Shown piece after piece: positions 25,191 through 38,727 of a stretch of DNA of 64,000 nt. The stretch is from Paraphysomonas bandaiensis (Eukaryota > Protista > Chrysophyceae), in the NCBI GenBank assembly GCA_965644295.1, contig CBFFRP010000076.1:1-64000 (forward strand). The letters run 5' to 3'. Each line of letters opens with the position of its first letter. Position 1 is the stretch's first letter. The notes under the pieces were generated by a model. That model was given only the letters and a program-made list of their open reading frames with translations. It did not search any database and was not told the DNA's origin. The translations under genes were made by a program, and so were the position numbers.

Positions 25191-26220
25191 TGGTTATATA
25201 TATAGATCCACACTTTATTTTTTGTTTACCAATTTTGAAAATCTTTTGGCATTAAAAAAAGCATGATAAGTTTCAAGGGGATTGTAGTTTGTAGTTTTTT
25301 AGTGTTCATCTACTACATAAACAGAATGTTTAAACAATGCCAAATGAGATTACCAGTAGTGCAAATAATAGCAAAAATAATGACAGAACACAGTTTTTAT
25401 AGGAACACCTCACCTAATCACGTTTTACCGCATCTCTGTATATAGTCACATCCATACCTTCTATATATACATGTAGTAGGCAGGACTATTTTATTTCATG
25501 GCACATTATTTTATCTTAAAGCCTACTCAAATTGTGATTTAATAATGATACGACGTATTTAAATGCAAAAGTCAAAATAATGTGATTGTCAGGATGAATT
25601 TCAAGCATCGTATAGTCGATGTTATAATATCACCTATACTGTTGATATTTCGATAAAAATATGATTGATGTTCAATTTATGACATAATAGTATGCAATGT
25701 GTTCTGTTGACTTTTTTGCTGATAGTAAGCAAGCAATTTTAAAGCTGTATTTCAGTTTGTCTAAACTACCTCATAGCCAGTCATTAATTTCATCTCATAC
25801 GTCTCTGACTACTGTATTATTCAAATAGTAACGGTTATAATTCAAATACCTTGAAAATTTCCAGCTTATAATTGCGCAAAATCGCAATACTCAACACACC
25901 AGGTTTCATAATCACATCGACTTGACGTGGTTAGAAGGATCTTATCCACATATATTATCTTCCTATAAGCCTACATATTATTATGTGCTCTTCGAGTAGA
26001 AGAACAAAGAAATATTTGTCTATAACTAGCATTATCACTTACTTTATTGAGTTCACACGTAAAAATGAAAAGGACTATAGTGTGCGCATCCAACATAAGT
26101 TAATATGTATTGCATGAAAACTCTCATTTCTACATCGTGTAAATAAATCTATTTCGACAATGAAGTGCTGCAGTAGTAGCATATCGATGAAAATATGTGT
26201 TTCCTAAATGCGTATGTTCT

Positions 26221-29200
26221 TCATGACGCAGGTGGTTCAGGTCGTGTAGCAATCCACCACAGGGTGTTGCTTCTGCTATGCCCATTACCCCCAGCCCCCT
26301 CAAAAGAATTCTCGCTCAATGCATTGACTCCCTTCCATGCTCCACGCCAATCCCCTGCTGTTGCTTGGGAGGCAAGAACAAGCACACTCCAACCCTCCGT
26401 TTGACAAGCTATATTAAATAATTTCACGCAATCAATAAACAGTATCAATATAAAGTATCAGTCGCATTACCTATATCAGACGAACAAGTTTCGTTAAACA
26501 CAGGAAGCATCTCCCGTATCCACTCCACATCATCTCTATCCTCCGATGCCACAGTAATTGGCAGCAACTGAGTAATTGGCGCATGATGATCATGAAAGCC
26601 AAACTATAGAAATACACTGACCTGAATGCCATAACTCTTCCAAGCCTCATTTCCAAACCATGTCTGTTCCTGTGCCAGCATACTCCACAACATTCCAACA
26701 ACTTTTGAAGTATAAACATCTGCATTAGACGGAAGTTAGTTTCAAAAACCCAGTAGCGCAGAACAGAAAGCGCACAAGAATATTATTGACACTATACACT
26801 GAAAATTGTCAATGGAATATCAATGCCACACACCTGGATATATCCTTGTGACACCTTTGGCACCAACAGAGCGGACATGCCAGTAGCTTTGAGCAGATCG
26901 AATCTCCGTGGCCAACAGTAGACGACCCATTTCATATACACGCTGACATACATCATACCGAACATTATCTTCTAGATTGGCTGACCCTGTAGAAATTTTT
27001 ACGGTTACGTACATTTATTACAACTACAAACATATCATGGTAGCTTGCATCGTGTATAATACCATAACAGCACAGTTACAACAAGTAATGTTGTCGCTAT
27101 TCGCATATTCTGCATCATTCATTACCACTGAAAACGGCAGAAGCCCCAAGGCCATACAAAGCCACAGCTTCATACGCAGCAATAGCTTCTGCAGAACTCT
27201 CTTGATTTCTTCCATTCGGGTAGGGTTCATCACCCAGTGTCACGATTCCACTTGCCCAACTAGAACCAAGATACCTACATCCCACCATGTTAGAAATCGC
27301 GTCTGAAACTTTTCGTAATTAATAATTTCTACAGAGTACAACAATTCAAATTGTAAATATCGCACCAATCTTTGTGTCTCCATGTTGGGAAGAACGGATC
27401 CTCATGAGATGGGTTGGCAATGTCTCGAATCATTACCAGGACACGGTCATGGTACTCTCGCACCCATGATGGCTCGAGCTTGGCAAGTACAGCAGCTGCG
27501 TATATGTGATATCCATAATGGAAGTGGTGATCGTTATAACTGCATACAGATTAGTAATTAATAAAAGTCATACAAGTTATATTTCCATAAATATATACTC
27601 ACAATCCTGATCCGAAATTCTGCCCGGGGTCTTCCAGGGTTGGGCATTGAGGGTAAGAATTGCGACACGAGTATGTTTCTGGCTCATAGTCACATCCACA
27701 CCCCACCAGCCCCCCCCATGTGTCATCATACACCAGAGCAGATAAGGAAGATCCGTTAAGCCACACCTCTGCGCTCTGTTTCAAGTGTTCCAAGGCAGAT
27801 ATATATAGGCTAGACACTCGCGGGTTTTCATCATCAGGTACATGAAATCCTGGGCAAAATATATACAACAAATCATATAACATGCTAGTTTGTGGACGAG
27901 AAATATACATACCAAGTTGATTAGCTATTATCAAAACACGGGCAAGTCTGGCGAGCATTTTTCCGCTGAAGTATGTGTCACCCGCGCCTTTCCTGTAGTT
28001 CAGCGGCAGTCGAAATGACAAGTCGTTTATAAGAGCGGATCGTATATCTTCCACCATTTCAGTGCGAATAGGGTTTTTCGCGTAATAGTTAACCTCATGC
28101 AGGGGTTCATGCATGTCCCATGAGTTACCAATAACAGGGCATGCTTGCCCATGAAGAGTTGGTACACAACCTACTGCTAGCACCTGAGCAACACAAAAAG
28201 GAGCCTAAAATAGAGTGTGTGCTGATGTACGTTCTACCTTATTAGTGGATCCAACTTTGGGGTGAATACGAGCCTAAATTACAAATCATATGAACACATA
28301 ATACAAATGTCTACAGGATGTTCACAACCTGATGATGAGGAAGTGCAAACATCAAAAGTTCTGACTCAGCTTCTCCGAAACTCGATAACTTCGGGTACTC
28401 AGGCGGACCAGAAGGGTTGACATCAGGATCATCGTACTCAAATCCCACACCACCCTTGGATAGTGATTTCTCTAAGCGCTCATGCCACGCCGACATGGTC
28501 GTGGGAGACCAGTCGAAGTGAAGATCCAACATTTCATCAGGCGTTTGTTCACTGGGAAAAGTAAAGCTCACATCAGCCCTACCTATACTGGTTATAAGTT
28601 GATGCTTGGCGCAAAAATAGAAGAAGTATACCTGTTGGAAACACATCTGCATGATCTCTCAGTACTTTCATAAATGCACTTTGATCTGTCGGGTGTTTGT
28701 CAGTGCAGTGAATACTGTTTACCCCATTTGTACAGTTGTTTCCAAGTGCTACACGTACTATTACACCAGGGTAAAAACTCTCTATTGAACGCAACTCAAA
28801 CGAGGCTTCTTGTGGAACATCTGGAAGAACCCCTGGTGGAAGGGTGGGGTCGGGCTGCGGCTCTCCAGTGGAAAAGCACACAAAACGCAATGGTTTGGAC
28901 ACAAACACCAGCCACGTAAAGTCACTTCTTTCAAATGTTATCTCTAGCTCTCTGTTGACAATAATGGGCTCAGGATTAACTGTATCGTTGCCACACTGCA
29001 ACCGTATATTGCCATCCACTAGAGGCAATGATGCAAGCGCCCGGCGGCCTATAATACGTGGCGAGGAGCGCACATACTCCATTGTCACGTATGGGGCTCC
29101 GCGGACTATATGGCTTCTCATTCCGCCACTAACTACCGACGTTTCTTCGTCTTCCACTCCATTAGAAGTACGATTTCTCATATCTTGATTCATGTAGTGC

Positions 29201-29802
29201 CACTCCAGTACTAACGAGAGACGTGAAGCAGCCGAATAAGGCACAACTTTGTGCTGCTCGTGAAACTGTTCTACTGCACCTATAGTCAAGGAATTCTCAT
29301 CCTCATACGTCATCATTACAGCACGGTCGTTGGCTTGTACATGCGGGCCATTCACTTCAATGCCGGGAATAATGCCACCAGTACCAAGAATATAAGGAAC
29401 TTGGAACACTTTGTTAGCTTTTCCTGTATTAGTTTTTCCAAGGATTAAATTTTGGCACCAACTGTTGGTCGGTAGAGGACGCGAGTTATCATACAGTCGC
29501 TCTAGTATCGGGCCTGGCATGCTACTATCGGGTCTGCCTATATCCAAAAACCCGATACTGCGCGGGTCCTCCACACTGTAAGGTTCACACACAGAGCTCC
29601 AGGCAGCCCGTTCATTGACATCGCTATGAGAGAATGAAACTAATGAATAGGAGCTGATTATGACCGTCAGGATCAGCACACCACAAGCCCAAAGATGAAT
29701 AGTCTTCCCACTGGTCTTCTCTCGTCCTCTATCCACTAACAGGGCATGTATGGGCAATGTCTTCCTCTGAAGAAGAGGTGATAGCTCATTGTTCCCTCTC
29801 AT
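26221..29802 (-). CDS. Endo-1,3(4)-beta-glucanase, glycoside hydrolase family 81, with N-terminal membrane anchor; multi-exon
   Basis: PLPTNSW, DTYFSGKMLARLAR, YDDTWGG, NFGSG|YNDHHFHYGYHIYAAAVL, RDIANPS..DPFFPTWRHKD, WYLGSSWASGI, NGRNQE, TEIRSAQSYWHV across spliced exons. Confidence 0.9.
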
Positions 29803-31152
29803 AGCTGCAGACAGTCAGGAGGGTTGCGATATTCTGTAAGGGTTAGATGTCTGTTGGTAGCGACAGAAATGACATCAAATCATATCATAAGCGACAGGCT
29901 CCACTCATATATGTGTATTATATATGCACACCAGTGACGTAATTTCCTTAACAACTATGCAGAGTGGCATACACTGGCTGTAGTCTACGTATATATGGCA
30001 TCCACGTACTGATGTACAAAACCAAAACGAAAATCTCCATTTTACAGTACACCGGTACACGTACAGCAGTACACTGGACATTCAATGTACAGCCAGCTGA
30101 GCGTAGCGCTGCAATGTATAGTAATGGAACGAGCTAGACTGAGTCATGTGGTTCAAGAGTAAAGTACTCACTAATGGCGATGGTGAACCTATCAAATACA
30201 CTGTAGAAGCAAAAGATCTCTACGATATGAAGCTTCCTAGGACACAACTAGGGCAATCCTCTCTTTTCCGCTATCTCTATTGATGAAGACCGTCCCAATC
30301 ATATGAACTAAAGGAAAAGACGTGACGAAATTATTTCGGAATCTGAAGCTGAGACAAGCATCAGTTGACCATGTTGAGGTGGATAGTCAGTATTATATGA
30401 ATCCGGGAAAATATAAAGTCACCGTAAGTTCACAGGCATATCAGAATTACAAGAGTGCCCTCCGACGGCACTAATGTGACTGTCCAAGTCTGTTCAATAG
30501 AGGATTCAAGTGTAATCTATACATGCAGTCTTTTCCGGGAACATCATTATACAATATTAAAAGGCCACATTTAAGATAGGACAACAGGAGTGTGAAAAAT
30601 CAGTGCTAGTGCTAGTTATCGTATGACATGGCTACAGAGTGGCGTGCATATTACATTTGATTATATATGAATGTATTTCAATTTATCAGTGTTCACGATT
30701 GATATATATCGAATATTAATGAATACGACGTAATACGTACTCTAGTGATCATACTATATACCGTAATTTACATACTATTGATCATTTAGAAAAACATTAA
30801 CTACAGCTTCTAATTGCATACCAATAAAGCTGGGGTTTCCAAATGGAGTACAAAGTACAACATGTCACGGCGTCAACACCACACCAGCAAATTCGTATGG
30901 TAGTAACGTAGAGACATAATACGTTACAGCAATTTCTAAAAATCTTAGTTAAGTTAACTTCTTACAACGGACAGGAACTGTGATACCATAAAAATGGCAA
31001 CTAAATCCGAAGTTGTTGAATTACTTTGGAAAGTAATCATCACGTATACTAATTCCACTGTTAACCACATATAGTGTGACATCGATATTTGATATCATAC
31101 ACCCGAATTTTCTCGGCAGAACTTGCTAGTCGTTAAAATGCTTCCATGACTA

Positions 31153-32843
31153 CTAGATGGCATTGTCGTCAGACGGATCTGCGAGGACAGCTGTTGTCCT
31201 TATCTCTTCAGCGAGAGCAGCAGTCGGGTCACGGGATTCAGTGTCGTCAGTATGAGAGTTACCATTGAGTTCACTATCCATTGCTTTAGACTCCTCGGCT
31301 GGCAACGTGAATTCTGCGTTATTGGTATCAATATATATCCATTGCAATAATGCATTATCATAAACACCTCATTCAAGACAAAAATACATCTAGAGATCTA
31401 GTCCTACCTTTAGACTCCTCAGTGCCACTCGCTTCCGTAGCTGGTAGATCTTGGGATTTACTTTCGCCCCCAAACATGGCATTCATTCGGTTAATTGCAA
31501 TGACAGCGTTGGCAGCCGCTCTCAATCTCTTAAGGCGCTGATACTTTCGAAGACTGGCGAGACTATCGTTCAGACTATGCTGGGCCAGCTCAGAACCATC
31601 TCGTGTGATCTGCAGATACACCGCAAGCCGAATTAGAAAATAAAACTTCTACAAGTACAAGAAAATATAGCGAAAGCACAGTAGATCATGGCGCACATAG
31701 CAGTATGGGTGAAATTCGTACCCATGGGTGGCTCAACACTTGGTCTACGGTGAGTCTCTTTGTGGCATCTATTTCGAGCATTCCACGAATAAGATCTTTC
31801 GCTTCTTCGGTTACCGAGGACCAATACTGCTCGTGAAAATCATATTGAGCCTTTTTTATCTTGCGGAACATCTTCTTTTGGTTTTCGTCATCGAATGGAG
31901 GATATCCACCAAGCAACACAAACATAATCACACCTACAAACATGTCAGTTCCAGCACAGTCATACCCATACAACTAGAAATGCTACAGTATCAATACCAC
32001 CCCATTAGCAAAGACATGACTTTCATACTTACCCATCGACCACATATCAACTGAAATGTCGTACGCCTTGCCGGTGATGATTTCTGGTGCGACGTAGTGT
32101 GGAGTACCCAACTGAGTCCTCAGTGCACTCTGACCGGCCCCCTTTATGGCAAATCCGAAGTCTGCAATTTTTAAATTTAAATCGTTCTCATCGCTACTTG
32201 TCAACAGCAGGTTTTCTGGCTTCAAATCTCGGTGGGCGATTCCTCTATCGTGGCAGTACTTCAGTGCCTCACACACGACGCGGACGACATCTCTGGCCTC
32301 TTTCTCGTTGAAAGATGTTTTCTTTACGAGGCGGTCGAAAAGCTCACCTCCTCGGACAAACTCAAGAACCACATAGAAATGTTTTTTCTCTTCAAAGAAA
32401 TCAAACATCCTGACAATGTTGTCGTGCTCAAGGGAACGCAGAATCTCAACCTCTGATCTTAGAGCCTTCTCGTCATCTGGAGGTATACCAAAGCGATCGA
32501 TAATTTTAACAGCCACCTCTTGGCCGTTTTCTTTGTGTACCGCTCTGTGGACAATAGAAAACGCACCCTCTCCGAGCTGCGAGTGTGGTCAGACAAACAT
32601 AACTTAGAGGGCGATGCAGAACCTTTTCACCCTGCTGGTATACACTGCGAAACTTCGGTTTAGCGTTCTCTATATCACCAGGAGCCTTTGGTGTCTTCTT
32701 AGTGTTCTTCTTATTCGTCTTATTCTTCGTCGACCCCTTTGTATCTGCTGCCTTTGCTTTATTGTTGTCGTCACTCTGTTATCATATGTATGACTCAAAC
32801 TATGATGATGTATATATAAAACACTCACCCAAGTGCAACCCAT
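31153..32843 (-). CDS. CaMK1-like Ser/Thr kinase A, predicted N-myristoylated
   Basis: 15-nt first exon MGCTW|SDD; LGEGAF, VAVK, HRDLKPEN, DFG, APE; CaM-binding tail KRLRAAANAVIAINRM; extra acidic last exon. Confidence 0.9.
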
Positions 32844-33372
32844 ACTCGACAAGTGCTGTGCTAAAATTACTAATATCTCAAGTTACTGTAATATGTATGC
32901 TTCTGGCGCTTTGGATATAGCGGAATGTAGAGTGTTTATGAAGATAGCGTGCGTTGAATATGGCTATGGTACAGTATACCGTATATAGAAACATTGCACC
33001 TGGATGCCCTCAAGCCCTTGCAGTATCCTGAACAGATTCTAAGCGTTCCGGTATCACCGTCCTGTGGCCATGAAAGTACCCTTTTTTACCCTCGCTCGTA
33101 GTTTACCACTCAGTTTAATATCAGCGATTTCAGTTTGCAAACTAACCATTGAAGATACGGCCCGTTGTATCCATATCTATCTATGTATACTGGACTGTGG
33201 TATGATGCTGTAGTATGGTGTAGTTAGTTATATGTGGTGGAATACTAACGTAAATAGCTGTCTCCTTTCATAAGACGCTCGAGTGTGGAGTTGGGTTTAA
33301 GTCGAAAAGGAAGGCTGACTATAACACACCTAGAAATCGTCACTTTAGATACAAGTTCATATAACGGACGAT

Positions 33373-34747
33373 ATGGGGTGTTCACAGGTATATATATATT
33401 TATGATGGTGATAATGTAATCGACTGTGTGTTGTGCTATCGTCCAAACAGAGCAACACAGCTAATGATAACAATTCCAGCCCGTCGGATATTAATACATC
33501 CGAGAAGAGAGAGCTAAAAAAACTGTATAAGATGGGCGATGTGGTATGTATGCACAAGGTGTGATGAGTTTTCTGATTTTGTTTCAGCTCGGTGAGGGGG
33601 CCTTTTCTGTCGTCAAGAAAGCGACTCACAGGAAGACTGGGAATGACGTCGCAGTGAAGTGTATTGACCGAAATGGTTTACCTGATGAAGATGAGGCGGC
33701 ATTGAGGCAGGAAGTTGACATCTTGCGCTCTCTAGATCACCCCAACATTGTCAAGCTGTTTGATTTTTTCGAAGAAGATAGATACTTTTATGTCATTCTT
33801 GAGTTTTTACCGGGGGGTGAATTATTTGACAGCATTGTCAAAAAAAGCTTTTACAATGAGAAGGAAGCACGAGATATTGTTCGGATTGTATGCAATGGTT
33901 TGAAATACTGTCACGACCGTGGGATCGCTCACCGAGACTTAAAACCAGAAAACCTGTTGCTTACAAGCAATGCCGACGATGCGAGCGTAAAAATTGCTGA
34001 TTTTGGATTTGCTATAAAGGGTGCTGCCAAGACCTCGCTAACCACACAGTGTGGAACTCCGGGGTATGTGGCGCCCGAGATCTTAAGTAGTAAACCATAC
34101 GGAAAGGCTGTTGATATGTGGTCGATGGGTACGTGACATGAGTGATATATGAGAATACCACTGGGTGTAATACTTGTACAGGTGTGATCACGTACATACT
34201 ATTGGGTGGATATCCCCCCTTTCATGATGACAATCAGAAAGCCCTCTTTCGTAAAATCAAGAAGGGCGACTTCGAGTTCCACGAGGAGTACTGGGGATCC
34301 GTGAGCGAGGAGGCAAAGGATCTTATCAGGGGGATGCTCCGAGTGAATGCTGAGGAGCGCTTGACCGTGGACCAAGTTCTCACTCATAAATGGGTACGTT
34401 ACTATGTATTCATAGTGGAAGAGATGAGCTGTTGTGGTGGCCTCTCACTAAAATTTGGTTGTGTATTACCTCCCACGTTAGTGTTTTGTATATGCTGCCC
34501 GATACTAAAACATGATTTCGAGTTGGCGATATGTAATCACTTTATCTAGATTCATCGCGATGGTGATGAACTGGCTTCTCATAATCTAAATGATAATCTG
34601 GCCGAACTTCGAAAATACCAAGCCACGAAGCGTTTCAAAGCTGCCGCTAATGCTGTCATTGCAATTAATCGTATGAACAATATGTTTGGGGGCTCATCTG
34701 GGAAGAGTGAAGAAGTGCAGCAAGCCGAGGAAGTGGAGGACAACTAG
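33373..34747 (+). CDS. CaMK1-like Ser/Thr kinase B, predicted N-myristoylated
   Basis: 15-nt first exon MGCSQ|SNT; LGEGAF, HRDLKPEN, DFG, TQCGTPGYVAPE; tail KRFKAAANAVIAINRM; last exon 34550-34747. Confidence 0.92.
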
Positions 34748-35362
34748 CCAGTAATTTGTACGTATAGATGTATCGTAGCGCATGCACTTATGCTTATGCA
34801 GGCTTGGGGAGCTGGATACCACCGTGTTAGCGCTCTACACACTCCAACCGTTTGCTAGATATGCGTAAATATAGAATTATTTATGGTTTCATTAAGATTG
34901 CTGGCTTCTTGGGTGGAGTTCTCATCGGCTGTTAGAAATAATTGCATGATATATTAACTTAATTAGAGGAAATCTTTAAAGCTGTTTTTTATGTCCCGTA
35001 TATTTAAGTAAGTTGTACATTGAAAGCGGCTAAAATAGCGACTCTACTCCGTAGGATACTAAAGGCTAAGAGGGCTCACACTTAGTAATGTCGATAGAAC
35101 ATAGTAACGAAGGTCTGCATGGGCTGAAATCGTAAATTGTATAACGACACCTCACGACAGAGTCACCAGTTTTGTTGACACGCCGTCAACAATATACAAT
35201 ATCAATGTTTTTGAAAACATATTTCGAAATACAATATCAACCAATATTTTGTTAAACTTTCACCGGCTTTTTACATGACTTACATTCAATGCAATTACTC
35301 ACTTCAATGACGAGTTTTAAGTTAGTAATTTGCGACGACTTTTTAGAAACTAGTGTAACAGA

Positions 35363-36627
35363 CAGGGCTAGGAAACAATATAATGCAATATATTGTAAAA
35401 TATAATGATTGTCGACCGGCCAAAATTCCCGCCAATATTGTTTCTGTTAAAGTAGCTCACAGTATATTGCAATCAATATTATGATAGTTATGTAAGAGAA
35501 GATTCTCAACTGTAGAGTGCAATCTAAGGATGTGTTTACTTACTGATTAGTCATACTAATATATTGTACAAATGATGCCATCACGCAGATAAGGGAGTCT
35601 GCATTTCGCAGCCACAAAACGCGCTTCAAGAGGTACTGAGAAATCCGGTCCTACCCACTAGACCACCACTGCACTACAGCGGCTCTCCAGCAGGGCCTGG
35701 AACCCCTCCGTTCCACAGGTGGAGAGATTTTGGACAGGTACCATCACCACTGACGGTTTTTGGAGATCACACCCATGTCCCTGACACCCCAAGGACTGTG
35801 CAACTTTGAATCAGCGGTCATCAGCTTGCTTCTACCGCTTTTCGCTGCAGCAAAGCTAATGATCCAAGATCGAAGTCGATGATACATTACCCTATACAAA
35901 GGACCCTCTAGGCTACTCCCGCGACCGCGTCCAAAACATAGACAGAAATGGAAACGCCCAAGGGTGCTACGATTACTAGGAATCCACAGACGGCCCGAGA
36001 CTGGAACACCGCCCACCGCTCATATGCACCCCACCACTCATACACATAGAACCATAGCACCGGACCGTATGAAACCATCAGGTCCTAGACAAAGACGCCG
36101 TCTCCGTCACCTGACACCCAAACGGTGCACGGCGACAACGCCACATTCCACCACACCATCCACCTCTCAGCACACACATCTAGTACTCGGTACACTCAGG
36201 ACCTTGATGCAGAACCCTGTACCTTAAAGTCTGGTGGAACCTTATCCCAAGGGGAGACCTCCGGACAACACGCGCCTGTGAGTCCTAAGACACACGAGCA
36301 GGGCGAAACTCACAAACAACATTAAGAACGGAAGTGGTCGCACCTTGGTGCTTGCAGCGACGCACAAGCAGCTTCTGTAGCACTAAATAGTAGGATAATA
36401 GAATTTGTGCTGATTAGTTATGGGTAGAGGTCTAACTAGTATGTCTAGCATTCAACTAGCCACTATATTGGAATGAGTTTTTAACGCCTATTGCTAAATA
36501 ATAAGACTTTCAATATACTAATATATTATTGTAATTGTATTGTTGGACCTGTTTAATACCTCCATCAATAGTATTGATGGAACGCTCTCTAACAATAGTA
36601 CTGCAATATACTGTTTTCCTAGCCCTG
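35363..36627 (+). mobile_element. Non-autonomous hAT-like element (family C) interrupted by a family D insertion
   Basis: Termini CAGGGCTAGGAAA...TTTCCTAGCCCTG; TSD not clean. Confidence 0.75.
35566..36514 (+). mobile_element. Longest family D insertion (~950 bp)
   Basis: Ends ...AATAATAAGACTTTCAAT; flanked by 13-bp direct repeat ATACTAATATATT (35553-35565, 36515-36527). Confidence 0.75.
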
Positions 36628-37789
36628 GTGTAATATATATACTACACACTGAGAAAATAGCACTAACACAGACCACAGAATAATATCTTTGAGTAGTGAA
36701 TTTCATATTTTTAGCGACAGGCGTTTAAGAGTCAGAACTATTCCATTGAGGGTAATTTTATTGTTATGTGTTATGTGTAGTGTGTAGGACTGAGCAAGCA
36801 ATTCTTCTATCGAAATTGCTCCTTACTTATTAGTCAACAATCAACAACACCACTTCTACTACAAATCTATGGTAAGTGGATAGTTCATAAGTTCTAATCC
36901 CCTTATCCGACACATATAGCTTATAGAGCTTCCATTCGTAGGTGTTACAGAGAGTTGTATTTTGCCATGGTCAAATTGTAGTTTCATCCCCGTAGTAGCT
37001 TATTCCAATGAATCATTCGATTACCGTTGCATTCTCACTTTTTTGACCTGTAACTAATATAAAACTTATTAAATGTCTCTAAAAACATGTTCTCTTTACA
37101 CCTACTACATTATTAATTGCAAAACGCAACAAAACTTCAACTAAAATCAACATTTTCAAAATTTCACCAGGTTTCGACCGCTTTACCAGGTTTGGGCATC
37201 ACATCGACTTTAGGGTTAATTAGAACTGACCACGATTTTACTCAAACAAAGGTATTACCGGAATCGTTTGCCAGCTTTCTGTTTGTAGCGCAGTTGTCCC
37301 CAATGTAGAACTCAACAATAATGCAAATATTATCAGCATTAACCACTCTACCCACTCAAAAATGTTTTTGCTTTGCCCGAAGGTTGGAAAACAAAAGCAT
37401 CCATGGGACCATTGGTGCAGACAACCCGTAAATACTTCTTCGTGGAATCTACCCACTCACCATCATACATGATGTGATGATGTGTGGTTCTTCAAGTTGT
37501 TGTAGCCATTCGATATCTTCTGCACTCGTATGCGCCCACAGACTTTGCAGTCGTGCTTGTTTGGTTCACCTTCAACCGGACTCCAAAAACAGCGGTAGAT
37601 ATCTCTACTTTTGTATGCATTCATCGTTCAGTTGTCTCTTCTTATCACTATAGGATATATATACTATATTATTAAGAGAAGTACTGTACATACATGTGGA
37701 GGGGTGTAGAGTGAGCTGGCAATACATAAAAAATAGAAATTAACATCAAAAATAGGCTTTTTTTCTTATTTTCCGGATATTTATATACA

Positions 37790-37999
37790 TGGACTTGTAT
37801 TTTTTACCCTACAGTTGAGAATCTTCTCTCATATGACTATCATGATATTGATTGCAATATATTGCAATATATTGTGAGCCACTTTAACAGAAACAATATT
37901 GATGGGATTTTTGGCCGGTCGAGCAATCAATATATTTTACAATATATTGCAATATATTGTACAATGTATTGAAATTCAATATATTGTTTCCTAGCCCTG
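37790..37999 (-). repeat. Family C terminal fragment
   Basis: Reverse complement of 35363-35520, ending GTTTCCTAGCCCTG; another remnant lies at ~61230-61350. Confidence 0.7.
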
Positions 38000-38275
38000 C
38001 CAATGATGTACATATACCACAAGTTTAGAACTAGACGTACATAGCCTGGGCCCGCGGTGCGCTGCATTCAGGAAAAATCCGAAAGGAAAGTGCTTTCAGA
38101 GACTGTAAGCTTTAACAATATTGCATATATCGTATATACAGTATACAAGCCCATCTCCTCAACCGGGGCACGGCCGTTTCTTTTCCCGCATTCTGGTGGC
38201 TACAGAAATATTACCAATATTTCATTTAGTTAAAGAGTCAAAATGACACATTGAGACACTGTTTGTATCAGATAC

Positions 38276-38442
38276 CAAGGCCAGTCAACAATATATTGCG
38301 AGGCTAAAATTTTGCTAAAATAATAACTTTATATATATATAAATATAATAATAAAATTTATATATTGTAGGAAGCAAGAATAAATAACTGCAATATTTAT
38401 TTAACAATATATTGCAATCCAATATATTTTTGACTGGCCCTG
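38276..38442. mobile_element. Small hAT-like MITE
   Basis: CAAGGCCAGTCAA...TTGACTGGCCCTG termini with CAATATATTG repeats; TSD not conserved. Confidence 0.6.
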
Positions 38443-38727
38443 GTTAGTACAGCCTTACGTCTTACAGATGTCATAGCAGTGGGATATGGATGAGCACTGC
38501 AGAAGCATTCATACCTACCCTTGCAAGCACATAAAACTATTTGCCATTGTAATACAAGTTGCTAAACCCATGCTATTTTTACATCTTCGCATTTAATTAA
38601 GGAATTTTACACAATGCAAAAAAATAGTAACGGTACAGGTACGTGTAGTACCAAGATTCGATAAATTTGCTTTAAATCTTCGCTATATACATATGGATTT
38701 CGTACGTAACTACTTCTATCTATCGTG

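Noticed and set aside
30170-30480. Coding-looking stretch between GH81 and CaMK A
   Set aside because: Interrupted by stops, with no recognisable motif or consistent splice model.
35640-35715. tRNA gene
   Set aside because: Only an A-box-like segment; no T-arm downstream and no acceptor stem.
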